64,000 nt of DNA from a virus: positions 1 through 64,000 of IMG/VR virus record IMGVR_UViG_3300028800_000071, one strand, 5' to 3'. The notes beneath the pieces are model-generated. The model was not told where the DNA came from. It made no database searches and was given only the letters and a program-made list of their open reading frames with translations. This document shows positions 1 through 7,331 of this stretch, piece after piece (the stretch's first letter is position 1; each line of letters starts with the position of its first letter). Position numbers and translations under genes: made by a program.

Positions 1-6
1 GCGTAG

Positions 7-213
7 GCAGCGGACGCTGCCTACGCTGCCTACGCTGCCTACGCTGCCTCCGCTGCCTACGCTGCCTACGCTGCCGACTCTGCCTCCGCTGCCGACGCTG
101 CCGACGCTGCCTCCGCTGCCTCCGCTGCCTACGCTGCGAAAGTGCGCGAGCAATACGGCGATCTGCTGCGGCAGAAAGCCCTCGAAGCATTGGATGCCGT
201 TTTAGCGATATGA
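7..213 (+). CDS. 3' end of a truncated ORF with Ala-rich (AAY/AAD/AAS) repeats
   Basis: Frame 1 reads AADAAYAAYAAYAASAAY...KVREQYGDLLRQKALEALDAVLAI* (TGA 211-213); the start lies outside the window. Confidence 0.6.
   Translation, partial: AADAAYAAYAAYAASAAYAAYAADSASAADAADAASAASAAYAAKVREQYGDLLRQKALEALDAVLAI
16..137 (+). repeat. 9-bp tandem repeat GCTGCC(TAC/TCC/GAC)
   Basis: About 13 imperfect in-frame copies visible directly. Confidence 0.9.
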
Positions 214-259
214 GGGCTTACATCACCCTTGCCTTTGTGGAGATAGCCTAGATGGGTGG

Positions 260-421
260 TTACGCTCTGGACGCAACAACGCGGGCCTTTGCGGCCTCGT
301 TGCAAGGCTTGCAGGTTGCCAATCCGCTTCGTGGCTTGCGCTTACCGCAGACGCAACAGAGCCCGCGCTTTATGGCACGGGCCCTGAAGGCGGCGACCTT
401 CTCGGTGCTAGAGAGGGGCAT
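260..421 (-). CDS. 53-aa basic CxxC...CxxC zinc-finger protein (not in the ORF track)
   Basis: MPLSSTEKVAAFRARAIKRGLCCVCGKRKPRSGLATCKPCNEAAKARVVASRA*; ATG directly abuts the TAA of the upstream ORF 422-658. Confidence 0.65.
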   Translation of the reverse strand: MPLSSTEKVAAFRARAIKRGLCCVCGKRKPRSGLATCKPCNEAAKARVVASRA

Positions 422-658
422 TTATAGGCAGACCTCCTCCCAGGGCTCCAATCCACCCGCCGCGATGGTTTCACGGATCTCGGCGCGTTCCGCCATGAGC
501 TTCTGGACGAGTGGTTCCGGGGCTCCCGTTTCGCGGAGAACCGCCAAGTGATGCGCGTCGGTCTGGTTATGCTCGAAGCGGGCCTTCGTGGTGTTGGGGT
601 AGGTTTCAGGCTTTCCCGAGCAGTTACAGGTGAGGGTTGCTGGCTGTGAGTTCTTCAT
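422..658 (-). CDS. hypothetical protein, 78 aa
   Basis: GGAGA RBS upstream on the - strand; coupled to 260-421; divergent from the methyltransferase. Confidence 0.6.
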   Translation of the reverse strand: MKNSQPATLTCNCSGKPETYPNTTKARFEHNQTDAHHLAVLRETGAPEPLVQKLMAERAEIRETIAAGGLEPWEEVCL

Positions 659-687
659 GTCTCCATGTTACTGTAACCAGGGGCAGA

Positions 688-1755
688 ATGTCAAGCCCTG
701 TGATCCGCGTCGTGAGTTTATTTTGCGGCCTGGGCGGCTGGGATATGGGGCTATACGCCGCCGCGGATGCGCTAGGCATCGAGGTAGAGGTCGTGGCCGC
801 TTACGACTCTTGGCCGAAAGCGGTTGAGGTTTACAACGCCAACCTCCCGCATCCCGTGGCCGAGGTGCGCGACCTCAAGCAGGTGCAGCGCGAGGACTTG
901 CCGCCGCACGACCTGGTGATCGGCGGACCGCCTTGCCAACCGTTCTCGATGGCGGGGAAGCGCAAGGGCCACGATGACGAGCGCAACTGCCTGCCCGACT
1001 TCCTGCGGCTGGTGGGCGACTCTCCCTACGTCATGGAGAACGTGGTGTCGCGGCTGATTAACGCGCCCTGGAGCGAGAAGTTATGTGCGGCAGACTTTGG
1101 GGATGTCACCTCGCGCAAGCGTTGGTTCTACTCAAACTACTTGCTGCATATTCTGCCGACGCCCGGGCCTCGCCGCATCCGCGATATACGCGACCACGCC
1201 GAAGATGAGCGCGTGCTCGTAAAGCGCGGAGTCTGTAAGGCTGGAAAGCACGGACACTACGACTCCTACGACTCCCTCGACTCCCTATCCGCACACTCAT
1301 GGCACGGGCACGACATACGGGGCAGCGGGAAGCTGTTACCGATTGGGCACAAAGCGATTTGTGGCGAAGCCGGTGTGCTTGGTAGTCTAACACGCACGCA
1401 TCATCACGGGTCGAAGAACGATGGCTACGGGCAACCCACCAAGGACGTTTATTTACGGCTCGGGCTACGCGGCAACTCGGCCTCGGCCTCGGCCTCGGCC
1501 TTCGAGGATGATGAAACGCTCGGCTCGGTTTTGGCAAACTCTTTTCACGGAAACGAAGCATCAAAACTGGTCGGATGCCGCAACCCATCGCTCCTGGAGA
1601 TGGCGCGAGCGCACAGCATCCCTGATACGTTCGATTGGTGCGGCGCAACTAAGAGCGATCGCGGAAAGATGATCGCAAATTCCGTGCCCTGCGGTATGGC
1701 CGCCGGCGTATCTTCTGCGATTCTCCGCGCTCTCACCGGAAAGGTAGCCGCATGA
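688..1755 (+). CDS. DNA (cytosine-5)-methyltransferase
   Basis: Motif I FCGLGG, catalytic GGPPCQPFS, ENV, SRKRWF, motif IX RNPSLLEMARAHSIPD, motif X IANSVP; ATG 688 preferred as start. Confidence 0.93.
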   Translation: MSSPVIRVVSLFCGLGGWDMGLYAAADALGIEVEVVAAYDSWPKAVEVYNANLPHPVAEVRDLKQVQREDLPPHDLVIGGPPCQPFSMAGKRKGHDDERNCLPDFLRLVGDSPYVMENVVSRLINAPWSEKLCAADFGDVTSRKRWFYSNYLLHILPTPGPRRIRDIRDHAEDERVLVKRGVCKAGKHGHYDSYDSLDSLSAHSWHGHDIRGSGKLLPIGHKAICGEAGVLGSLTRTHHHGSKNDGYGQPTKDVYLRLGLRGNSASASASAFEDDETLGSVLANSFHGNEASKLVGCRNPSLLEMARAHSIPDTFDWCGATKSDRGKMIANSVPCGMAAGVSSAILRALTGKVAA

Positions 1756-1802
1756 ACCTCGCCACCCTCTTTGCCGTCCTCATACTTGCGGGATGCCGAT
1801 GA
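1752..1802 (+). other. 16-aa mini-ORF that is almost entirely a lipoprotein-like signal peptide
   Basis: MNLATLFAVLILAGCR*; ATGA overlaps with both neighbours. Confidence 0.45.
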
Positions 1803-2335
1803 ACTACCGATGCGTTGTGATTGACCCGCCTTGGCCCGAGCGTGGAGCTGGGAAGGTGAAGCGTGGCGCTGACCGCCATTACGCGCTGCTCTCGGTCCAG
1901 CAAATCGTTGAACTGCTGGAAGAAGAGATCGAACCGAAACTTGCGCCGGACTGCCACTTATGGCTTTGGACGACGAACAATTATCTCGAAGCGGGGCTTC
2001 TCGTCATCAAAAAACTAGGCTTTCGGTACGTCACGAATCTTGCTTGGGTAAAAGACCGAATCGGGCTAGGTCAATACTTGCGCGGCCAGCACGAACTCTG
2101 CCTGTTCGCTGTTCGCGGCGAGGCGATGATGCCCGAGCACCGCACGACGCCGAGCGTTCTCTTTTGCCCCAAGGGGCCTCATTCGATGAAGCCTCAACTC
2201 GCGTTCGACTCGATTACGAACGTAAGCCCCGCTCCAAGGCTTGAGGTTTTCTGCCGAACGAAACGGCCCGGCTGGGATGCGTGGGGCAACGAGGTTGAGG
2301 ATACGCTGCTAACGATCGGAGAGTCCGCACGATGA
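1799..2335 (+). CDS. MT-A70 family N6-adenine methyltransferase
   Basis: IDPPW catalytic motif, LWLWTTN, GFRYVTNLAWVK, GLGQYLRGQHE, HSMKP, RLEVFCR. Confidence 0.92.
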   Translation: MNYRCVVIDPPWPERGAGKVKRGADRHYALLSVQQIVELLEEEIEPKLAPDCHLWLWTTNNYLEAGLLVIKKLGFRYVTNLAWVKDRIGLGQYLRGQHELCLFAVRGEAMMPEHRTTPSVLFCPKGPHSMKPQLAFDSITNVSPAPRLEVFCRTKRPGWDAWGNEVEDTLLTIGESAR

Positions 2336-2451
2336 CACGCCTACTCTTGGTGCTGCTCCTCACCGCCTGCCAGCCCTTTCTGCAGATTCCACCGCAATGC
2401 GGTGTGGACGTATCGCCCAGCAACTGCGCGAGCGAGAGGGGTGCGCGATGA
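2332..2451 (+). CDS. 39-aa putative lipoprotein
   Basis: MTRLLLVLLLTAC (lipobox-like)...SNCASERGAR*; ATGA overlaps on both sides. Confidence 0.5.
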   Translation: MTRLLLVLLLTACQPFLQIPPQCGVDVSPSNCASERGAR

Positions 2452-2600
2452 GTGAGGTTTGCAAAAACTGCCACGGCGCAGGTTTCACCTGGGAGGCCGA
2501 CTGTTACGACGACGGGTCGCTCTCTCGTTCCCTCTCAGCCGAACCATGCACCGAGTGCGCCCCACCCTCCACCTCAAGCGAAAGTGAAAGCGATGAGTAA
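2448..2600 (+). CDS. small zinc-ribbon protein (array unit 1)
   Basis: MSEVCKNCHGAG...CTEC..PPST; positional counterpart of 4345-4530. Confidence 0.6.
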   Translation: MSEVCKNCHGAGFTWEADCYDDGSLSRSLSAEPCTECAPPSTSSESESDE

Positions 2601-2892
2601 AGCAGACACACCGTTGACGGAACGAGTGATTGACGCGATAGAAAGCCTGGAGTGCGCTTCGGTGCGTCTACGAGAAGGCGTAGAAGGGAAGGGGCAATAC
2701 CTCGGCAGCGCAGACGCGTGCGACCGCGCCGTATCCGTTCTTCGCGCCCTCCAATCAACGCTCGATAGACTCTCTGAGCCTGGGGAGGGGTGTCGTGGGT
2801 GCGGCGGCATCATCGGACCGTATTGCGTAGAGTGTGGTGAAGCCGCCGCACAGCAACAAGCGGGTAGTCCCAAGAAGAAAAGTGAGGAATGA
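2593..2892 (+). CDS. hypothetical protein, MSKADTP family (unit 1)
   Basis: Shares MSKADTP, LQSTLDxLSEP and AAAQQQAGSPxKKSEE with 4527-4994. Confidence 0.7.
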   Translation: MSKADTPLTERVIDAIESLECASVRLREGVEGKGQYLGSADACDRAVSVLRALQSTLDRLSEPGEGCRGCGGIIGPYCVECGEAAAQQQAGSPKKKSEE

Positions 2893-2895
2893 AAC

Positions 2896-3114
2896 GTGAG
2901 TGACTCGCGCAAGAAAACGCCGATTCACGGCATCTGCACCTACAAGCCTGGCGAAATGAAGTGGTGGCGTAATCGTGTTGCGCGTGTGCTGCGCCGTTTG
3001 GCAAAGCTCGACCCCGAGAATGCCCCGACATCAAAGAACGTCGTGGAGCGATGGAGCGCGCCAGACGACGGTAAGATTTACGACCCTGGTTGGGCGAAAG
3101 GGCTTCGCAAATGA
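2896..3114 (+). CDS. small basic hypothetical protein
   Basis: GAGGA RBS; ATGA overlap with the next gene. Confidence 0.6.
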   Translation: MSDSRKKTPIHGICTYKPGEMKWWRNRVARVLRRLAKLDPENAPTSKNVVERWSAPDDGKIYDPGWAKGLRK

Positions 3115-3326
3115 GCAGAACCAACGCCCCCTACACCTCCGAGGACCTTGCTGCGCTCCCGAAGATTGCGGAGCGGTTGCGTGAGTTGCCCCCCGTTTTC
3201 GCGACTTCCCATGTCCCGATTCTGAACTGCTTTAAGACGCGACGTTGCCGGGACTGTAAAGAACGGCTTATCGCCGCCGACGCGCTTCTCAAGGCACACG
3301 CTGAGATAGTGAGGTTGCAGGGGTGA
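3111..3326 (+). CDS. hypothetical protein, YTSEDL family (unit 1)
   Basis: Shares YTSEDLxALPKIAERLR and LLKAHAEIVRLQG with 5354-5659. Confidence 0.7.
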   Translation: MSRTNAPYTSEDLAALPKIAERLRELPPVFATSHVPILNCFKTRRCRDCKERLIAADALLKAHAEIVRLQG

Positions 3327-3438
3327 AGATTATTGGAACGCCGTGCCCCTATTGCGGAGGCACTCGCGGATGCGACCGAACTTGCAACGACTGCGGGCGA
3401 ACGTCGTGACTAATCAAAGCCGCTTTGGAGGGCAAATA

Positions 3439-4047
3439 ATGGCTGCTGATTTAGTGGAGCAGTTCAGCGATGAAGAGATTGACGGCGACCTTCGCGTCCT
3501 GGCAAACACCTCTGCCTGCGTTGACCTCGGGGACGCGCGACCGTATCTAAAGCGTGTCCTCGCCACGATAGACGACCGCGACCGCGAGATTGCAGAGTTG
3601 CGGCATCAGCTAGACAAAACCGCCATCCTCGGCTTGCGTCTGTGTGACGAACGGGATGCGGCCATTCGCCGCGCCGAACGCTTTAAGCGAAGGTCCCACG
3701 ACGCAAACGCCACCATTGCAGAGTTGCGGCAGCGTGAGAGGGCGGTGCTCCTGAAAATGCAAACGATTCTCGCGTTTTGCGATGCGGCGGACGGAGCAGC
3801 CCCCGAAGATTGCTGGATGACCGTAGACGAAATCAGAATCAAGGCCCGCGAGGCGCTTAACCTTTTGAGCGACGCCATACTCGATAAGGCCCCAACAGAA
3901 GCGAAGGCCGAACCCAGTGGGTACCATTCGTGCGACGGTGCTTGCTGCGAGAAAGTACCAGGCAAATACTGCGCCGACGACGACTGCAACTGCGGAGCGG
4001 CTGGCAACCATGCAGCAGAAACGAAGGCCATGGAGGGAGAGCGATGA
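3439..4047 (+). CDS. coiled-coil hypothetical protein, MAADLV family (unit 1), Cys-rich C-terminus
   Basis: GGAGGG RBS; shares EIAELR, AELRQRER and ILDxAPT with 6326-6865. Confidence 0.7.
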   Translation: MAADLVEQFSDEEIDGDLRVLANTSACVDLGDARPYLKRVLATIDDRDREIAELRHQLDKTAILGLRLCDERDAAIRRAERFKRRSHDANATIAELRQRERAVLLKMQTILAFCDAADGAAPEDCWMTVDEIRIKAREALNLLSDAILDKAPTEAKAEPSGYHSCDGACCEKVPGKYCADDDCNCGAAGNHAAETKAMEGER

Positions 4048-4105
4048 GTGAGATTTGCCCGCAACCGTGTATCGACATCCCCTGCGCGAACGTGAGGGCC
4101 GCGAA

Positions 4106-4348
4106 ATGAGTGTGAAGCCGCCGCCGCAAGATGAAGATGGGTTGGCCGCAGAACGCCATCGAACGAATAGGGCGCGTTTACCGGAGCGCCTTCGGTGCGG
4201 GATGGTCCTTCCCACCGCACAGCTAGAGCAACTGCTCAACGAAGGCGCTGACGAGATCGAACGCCTGCGCGATGCGTATTTAGAGTTGCGTCACGATACC
4301 GCTCCCTCAACCACCAGCAACTGCGCGAGCGTGAGGGGTGCGCGATGA
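4106..4348 (+). CDS. hypothetical protein
   Basis: EGADEIERLR motif; ends SNCASVRGAR like 2332-2451. Confidence 0.6.
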   Translation: MSVKPPPQDEDGLAAERHRTNRARLPERLRCGMVLPTAQLEQLLNEGADEIERLRDAYLELRHDTAPSTTSNCASVRGAR

Positions 4349-4530
4349 GTGAGCCACGATGCGATGAGTGCGACTCACCAAACAACGTAATGACCGCGAT
4401 CTCCGACAATATTTGGATTTGCGTGGAGTGTGGCGACCGTATAGAAAGGGAGATCGAACGAATGCGGGACGGCTACCAATCTCCACCCTCCACCATAGAG
4501 AAGCCGTCTAGCGGAGGTAAAGCAGAGTGA
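4345..4530 (+). CDS. small zinc-ribbon protein (unit 2)
   Basis: CDEC...CVEC, PPST. Confidence 0.6.
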   Translation: MSEPRCDECDSPNNVMTAISDNIWICVECGDRIEREIERMRDGYQSPPSTIEKPSSGGKAE

Positions 4531-4994
4531 GCAAAGCAGACACACCGCAGCCGTTGTCGCCGGAAGAAGTCGAAGCGATACACCGCTGGCCGACCCGCGT
4601 GACCGTAAGCGGCGAAGGGCGCGTGCCAGATGCCCGCTCGATAACGATGGACGAACTTTGGTGGGTGCGCATCCTCGCCACCATCGACAACCTCCAATCA
4701 ACGCTCGATGGACTCTCTGAGCCTCGGACAAGCGATATGATGGTTCGTGTACGCGGCGACAAGACCGGCGTCCGCATCGAGGAGTACGACTCAGACGGCG
4801 TTATTCAAGACTTCGTGTTTACTCCTATAGAGGGTGAGCGATTCGCGAAAGAGATGTCTAAGGCGGCGCACGTTGCCGCGCACGCCAAACAAGCGTTGAC
4901 TGACGCCGAAGCCTCGGGCGCGCATTACTACGCGCCAGCCCTAGCCGCCGCACAGCAACAAGCGGGTAGTCCCAACAAGAAAAGTGAGGAATAG
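4527..4994 (+). CDS. hypothetical protein, MSKADTP family (unit 2)
   Basis: GGAGG RBS; anchors shared with 2593-2892. Confidence 0.7.
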   Translation: MSKADTPQPLSPEEVEAIHRWPTRVTVSGEGRVPDARSITMDELWWVRILATIDNLQSTLDGLSEPRTSDMMVRVRGDKTGVRIEEYDSDGVIQDFVFTPIEGERFAKEMSKAAHVAAHAKQALTDAEASGAHYYAPALAAAQQQAGSPNKKSEE

Positions 4995-4998
4995 AAAC

Positions 4999-5133
4999 GT
5001 GATTAGGTTTTTCGCCCGCGTGTTTTGCGGGATTTTCGGGCACCGTTACGGCCTCGCGCCGGGGTATCCATCCGCAACAGACGACCGCATTTACGAGTGC
5101 AAGACTTGGGGTTGTCGGGATTGGCACGGATGA
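4999..5133 (+). CDS. 44-aa Cys/His protein
   Basis: VIRFFARVFCGIFGHRY...CKTWGCRDWHG*; occupies the same slot as 2896-3114. Confidence 0.5.
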   Translation: MIRFFARVFCGIFGHRYGLAPGYPSATDDRIYECKTWGCRDWHG

Positions 5134-5357
5134 GCAACACCAACGCCCCCTACACCTCCAAGGCCCATTTTCATATCGTAGCGGGACCCGAGTCCCAGTT
5201 CGTTTCGTCGCCCATCGCGACGTTGCGTAAAGCAAGGAATCGTTTAGTGGCGGTAAAAAGCCCGAAACATATCGTTGAGTGTAGCGCCGCCACAAGGGCC
5301 GATTTCTGCGAAAGCGTTTTTGACGGTTCTATTCTTCGAGCGAAGGTGGTTACATGA
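5130..5357 (+). CDS. hypothetical protein
   Basis: Begins MSNTNAPYTS like 3111, then unrelated sequence. Confidence 0.55.
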   Translation: MSNTNAPYTSKAHFHIVAGPESQFVSSPIATLRKARNRLVAVKSPKHIVECSAATRADFCESVFDGSILRAKVVT

Positions 5358-5659
5358 GCTACACCTCCGAGGACCTTACTGCGCTCCCGAAGATTGCGGA
5401 GCGGTTGCGAAACAATATGCCGCACAATCATATTGGCGACCCCGCTGGACTGGGCGACCCGATTCTCTACTGCACAAGTTGTTGCGAAAGGCGCGAAGCC
5501 GCATCCGCGCTACTCAAGGCACACGCTGAGATAGTGAGGTTGCAGGGGCGGCTAACGAGCGTTACCGCGTTCGCTGATAGATGGGACGCAGACGGCGTGA
5601 TAGGCACAGCCGAGTGGTGTGAACTGCGCCAAACCGCAAGCCGCTTGGAGGGCAAATAA
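5354..5659 (+). CDS. hypothetical protein, YTSEDL family (unit 2)
   Basis: Anchors shared with 3111-3326; ends RLEGK. Confidence 0.7.
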   Translation: MSYTSEDLTALPKIAERLRNNMPHNHIGDPAGLGDPILYCTSCCERREAASALLKAHAEIVRLQGRLTSVTAFADRWDADGVIGTAEWCELRQTASRLEGK

Positions 5660-5844
5660 TGCATGAAATGACGCTTCGTTATATTGCGGGATTCTCGCTA
5701 TTGGTAGCGGTTCTGTTGGCGCTATTTTGCCCCGTAATAGCCCAGGCACTATGGATTTTGAAGAAACGTTTGGACGCTCATAGCCTACAAAAAAGCGCAA
5801 GGTATTCTCCACCCAAAGACGACCCGCGCTTGGAGGGCAAATAA
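5659..5844 (+). CDS. small single-TM protein
   Basis: Hydrophobic N-terminal half; flanked by direct repeats CGCTTGGAGGGCAAATAATG. Confidence 0.6.
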   Translation: MHEMTLRYIAGFSLLVAVLLALFCPVIAQALWILKKRLDAHSLQKSARYSPPKDDPRLEGK

Positions 5845-5984
5845 TGGCTGCTGATGAGTTTTGTAATCCGAAGAAGTTTTTATGGTGGACGTACTCGGCC
5901 CACGACTGGCAAGATTTTCAAGGCATGAACTGGGATTTGCCCGGCTATTCCCGCTGTAGACTATGCGGAAAGGAGAGCCGATAA
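5844..5984 (+). CDS. 46-aa Cys/His protein
   Basis: MAADEFCNPKKFLWWTYSAHDW...CRLCGKESR*. Confidence 0.55.
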   Translation: MAADEFCNPKKFLWWTYSAHDWQDFQGMNWDLPGYSRCRLCGKESR

Positions 5985-6326
5985 ATGGCTGCTGATTACG
6001 CCTACGCCTGGAAGAATGGCCCGCGATGGGCCTTTGAGTTTCTACGCTACCGCAAAGGGCGCGGCATTAGTTACGGTATGGCGGTGTTGGGATTCTTGCG
6101 AACACTTTGGCTGACGCTCGTCTGCGGTCATATCTGCGAAGCCTGTCAAGAGTGTGGGCGAGCGTACCTGCTTTGGTGGGCACCGGACGACCTTTACGCC
6201 ACGGTTACGGGACTAGAGAAGCGCGGCGGCTCTTATTCTCCTGGACTCTTTTGCCTCGACTGTTTCGACCGCAAGGCTAGGCGCAAAGGGATTCACCTTC
6301 GCTGGAAACCGGAGGCTTGCAAATAA
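5985..6326 (+). CDS. hypothetical zinc-binding protein
   Basis: MAAD start; CQECGR...CLDCFD. Confidence 0.65.
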   Translation: MAADYAYAWKNGPRWAFEFLRYRKGRGISYGMAVLGFLRTLWLTLVCGHICEACQECGRAYLLWWAPDDLYATVTGLEKRGGSYSPGLFCLDCFDRKARRKGIHLRWKPEACK

Positions 6327-6865
6327 TGGCTGATGATTTAGTGGCGCGGCTGGAAGCCGTTGCGGAGCGTATAGACTTTATCGCGCCCGGGATGGCGGGT
6401 TGGGACGACATGACGGAAGGTAAGATATGCCGTAAAGCCGCCATCGAGATTGCAGAGTTGCGGCAGCAGCGCGACCATGCAATAGACGAAGGCAACGCAA
6501 CGTCTAAACTTTACGCAGAGTTGCGGCAGCGTGAGAGGGGCCTGCGCCGAGAGCGGATTACAGGCAAAGAATACGTCGAAGCGTCAGAAGCCATTTTGAC
6601 TGAACTTAAGTACCAGGATAGTCTTGAGCGCAGAACAGACGATGAGGCCAAAGACGTTCCGGGATTTCTCACTCTGCTCCGGCGGTACACCCGCATAGTT
6701 GAAGACTCTTGGTCTGATAATCCTGGGACCCCGCAAGAAGATGGCTCCGTACAGGTGGAGCAGGCGTTACACGGATTGCGAAAACTAGCGGCCATTTGTG
6801 TTCGAGCCATGATATATAACGGCATACGAGCCCGCGACATACTCGATGAGGCCCCAACAGCATGA
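6326..6865 (+). CDS. coiled-coil hypothetical protein, MADDLV family (unit 2)
   Basis: Anchors shared with 3439-4047. Confidence 0.7.
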   Translation: MADDLVARLEAVAERIDFIAPGMAGWDDMTEGKICRKAAIEIAELRQQRDHAIDEGNATSKLYAELRQRERGLRRERITGKEYVEASEAILTELKYQDSLERRTDDEAKDVPGFLTLLRRYTRIVEDSWSDNPGTPQEDGSVQVEQALHGLRKLAAICVRAMIYNGIRARDILDEAPTA

Positions 6866-6962
6866 GTAACACCTTTCTCCGCGCTCTCGACCACGGTGGC
6901 GAACCGAGCGATGCGGAAGTGGAAGCCTTCATTGTCGTCGCAAAGCGACGGGAGAACATTGC

Positions 6963-7277
6963 ATGACCGACGGCCATAAGATCGGCGCCGAGATCGAAGC
7001 CATACTCAAGAAGCACGTCGGAAAGTTAATCAGCGCGAGCGAGCACGACGTTCTCAAAGCACGCATCCGCGACGAAGTGCTCGACTATCTTCGCGGGCAT
7101 TACACGCCGATCAACTTCGGCGCCAAAACCCTCGACGACGTGGACGTAACGTTCAATAACGATCCGGCGGTACTCGCGGCGGGCGTGCTCGATCTCCGGT
7201 TCGTGCCGGCGACCGAACGCGGCCGCCAATGGCTCGCGTCGTTAATGGCGCAGGAGGGCGGCAAGACGACCGAGTAA
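6963..7277 (+). CDS. hypothetical protein
   Basis: GGAGA RBS; first gene with the high-GC codon style of the main genome. Confidence 0.7.
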   Translation: MTDGHKIGAEIEAILKKHVGKLISASEHDVLKARIRDEVLDYLRGHYTPINFGAKTLDDVDVTFNNDPAVLAAGVLDLRFVPATERGRQWLASLMAQEGGKTTE

Positions 7278-7331
7278 ATCCACGGAAATCAGTAGTGCCG
7301 CCCGAAAGGGTGTGAGCCAAGGGAGACCGAC

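Larger units (their letters stand above)
2417..6860 (+). repeat. Tandem duplicated operon conserved only at 12 short colinear anchors
   Basis: Anchor pairs: 2417-2456/4314-4353, 2562-2573/4483-4494, 2593-2613/4527-4547, 2748-2781/4691-4724, 2841-2899/4943-5002, 3111-3144/5130-5163, 3131-3181/5359-5409, 3281-3323/5506-5548, 3425-3457/(5645, 5830, 5981, 6319), 3585-3610/6445-6470, 3718-3742/6515-6539, 3876-3898/6838-6860. Confidence 0.92.

Noticed and set aside
2417-6860. CRISPR array or classical integron as the explanation for the repeats
   Set aside because: The anchors differ from one another, lie in coding frames and have irregular spacing; no cas genes, integron integrase or attC-like palindromes were seen
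2417-6860. Diversity-generating retroelement
   Set aside because: No reverse transcriptase in the window, and the differences are whole-segment replacements, not adenine-specific substitutions
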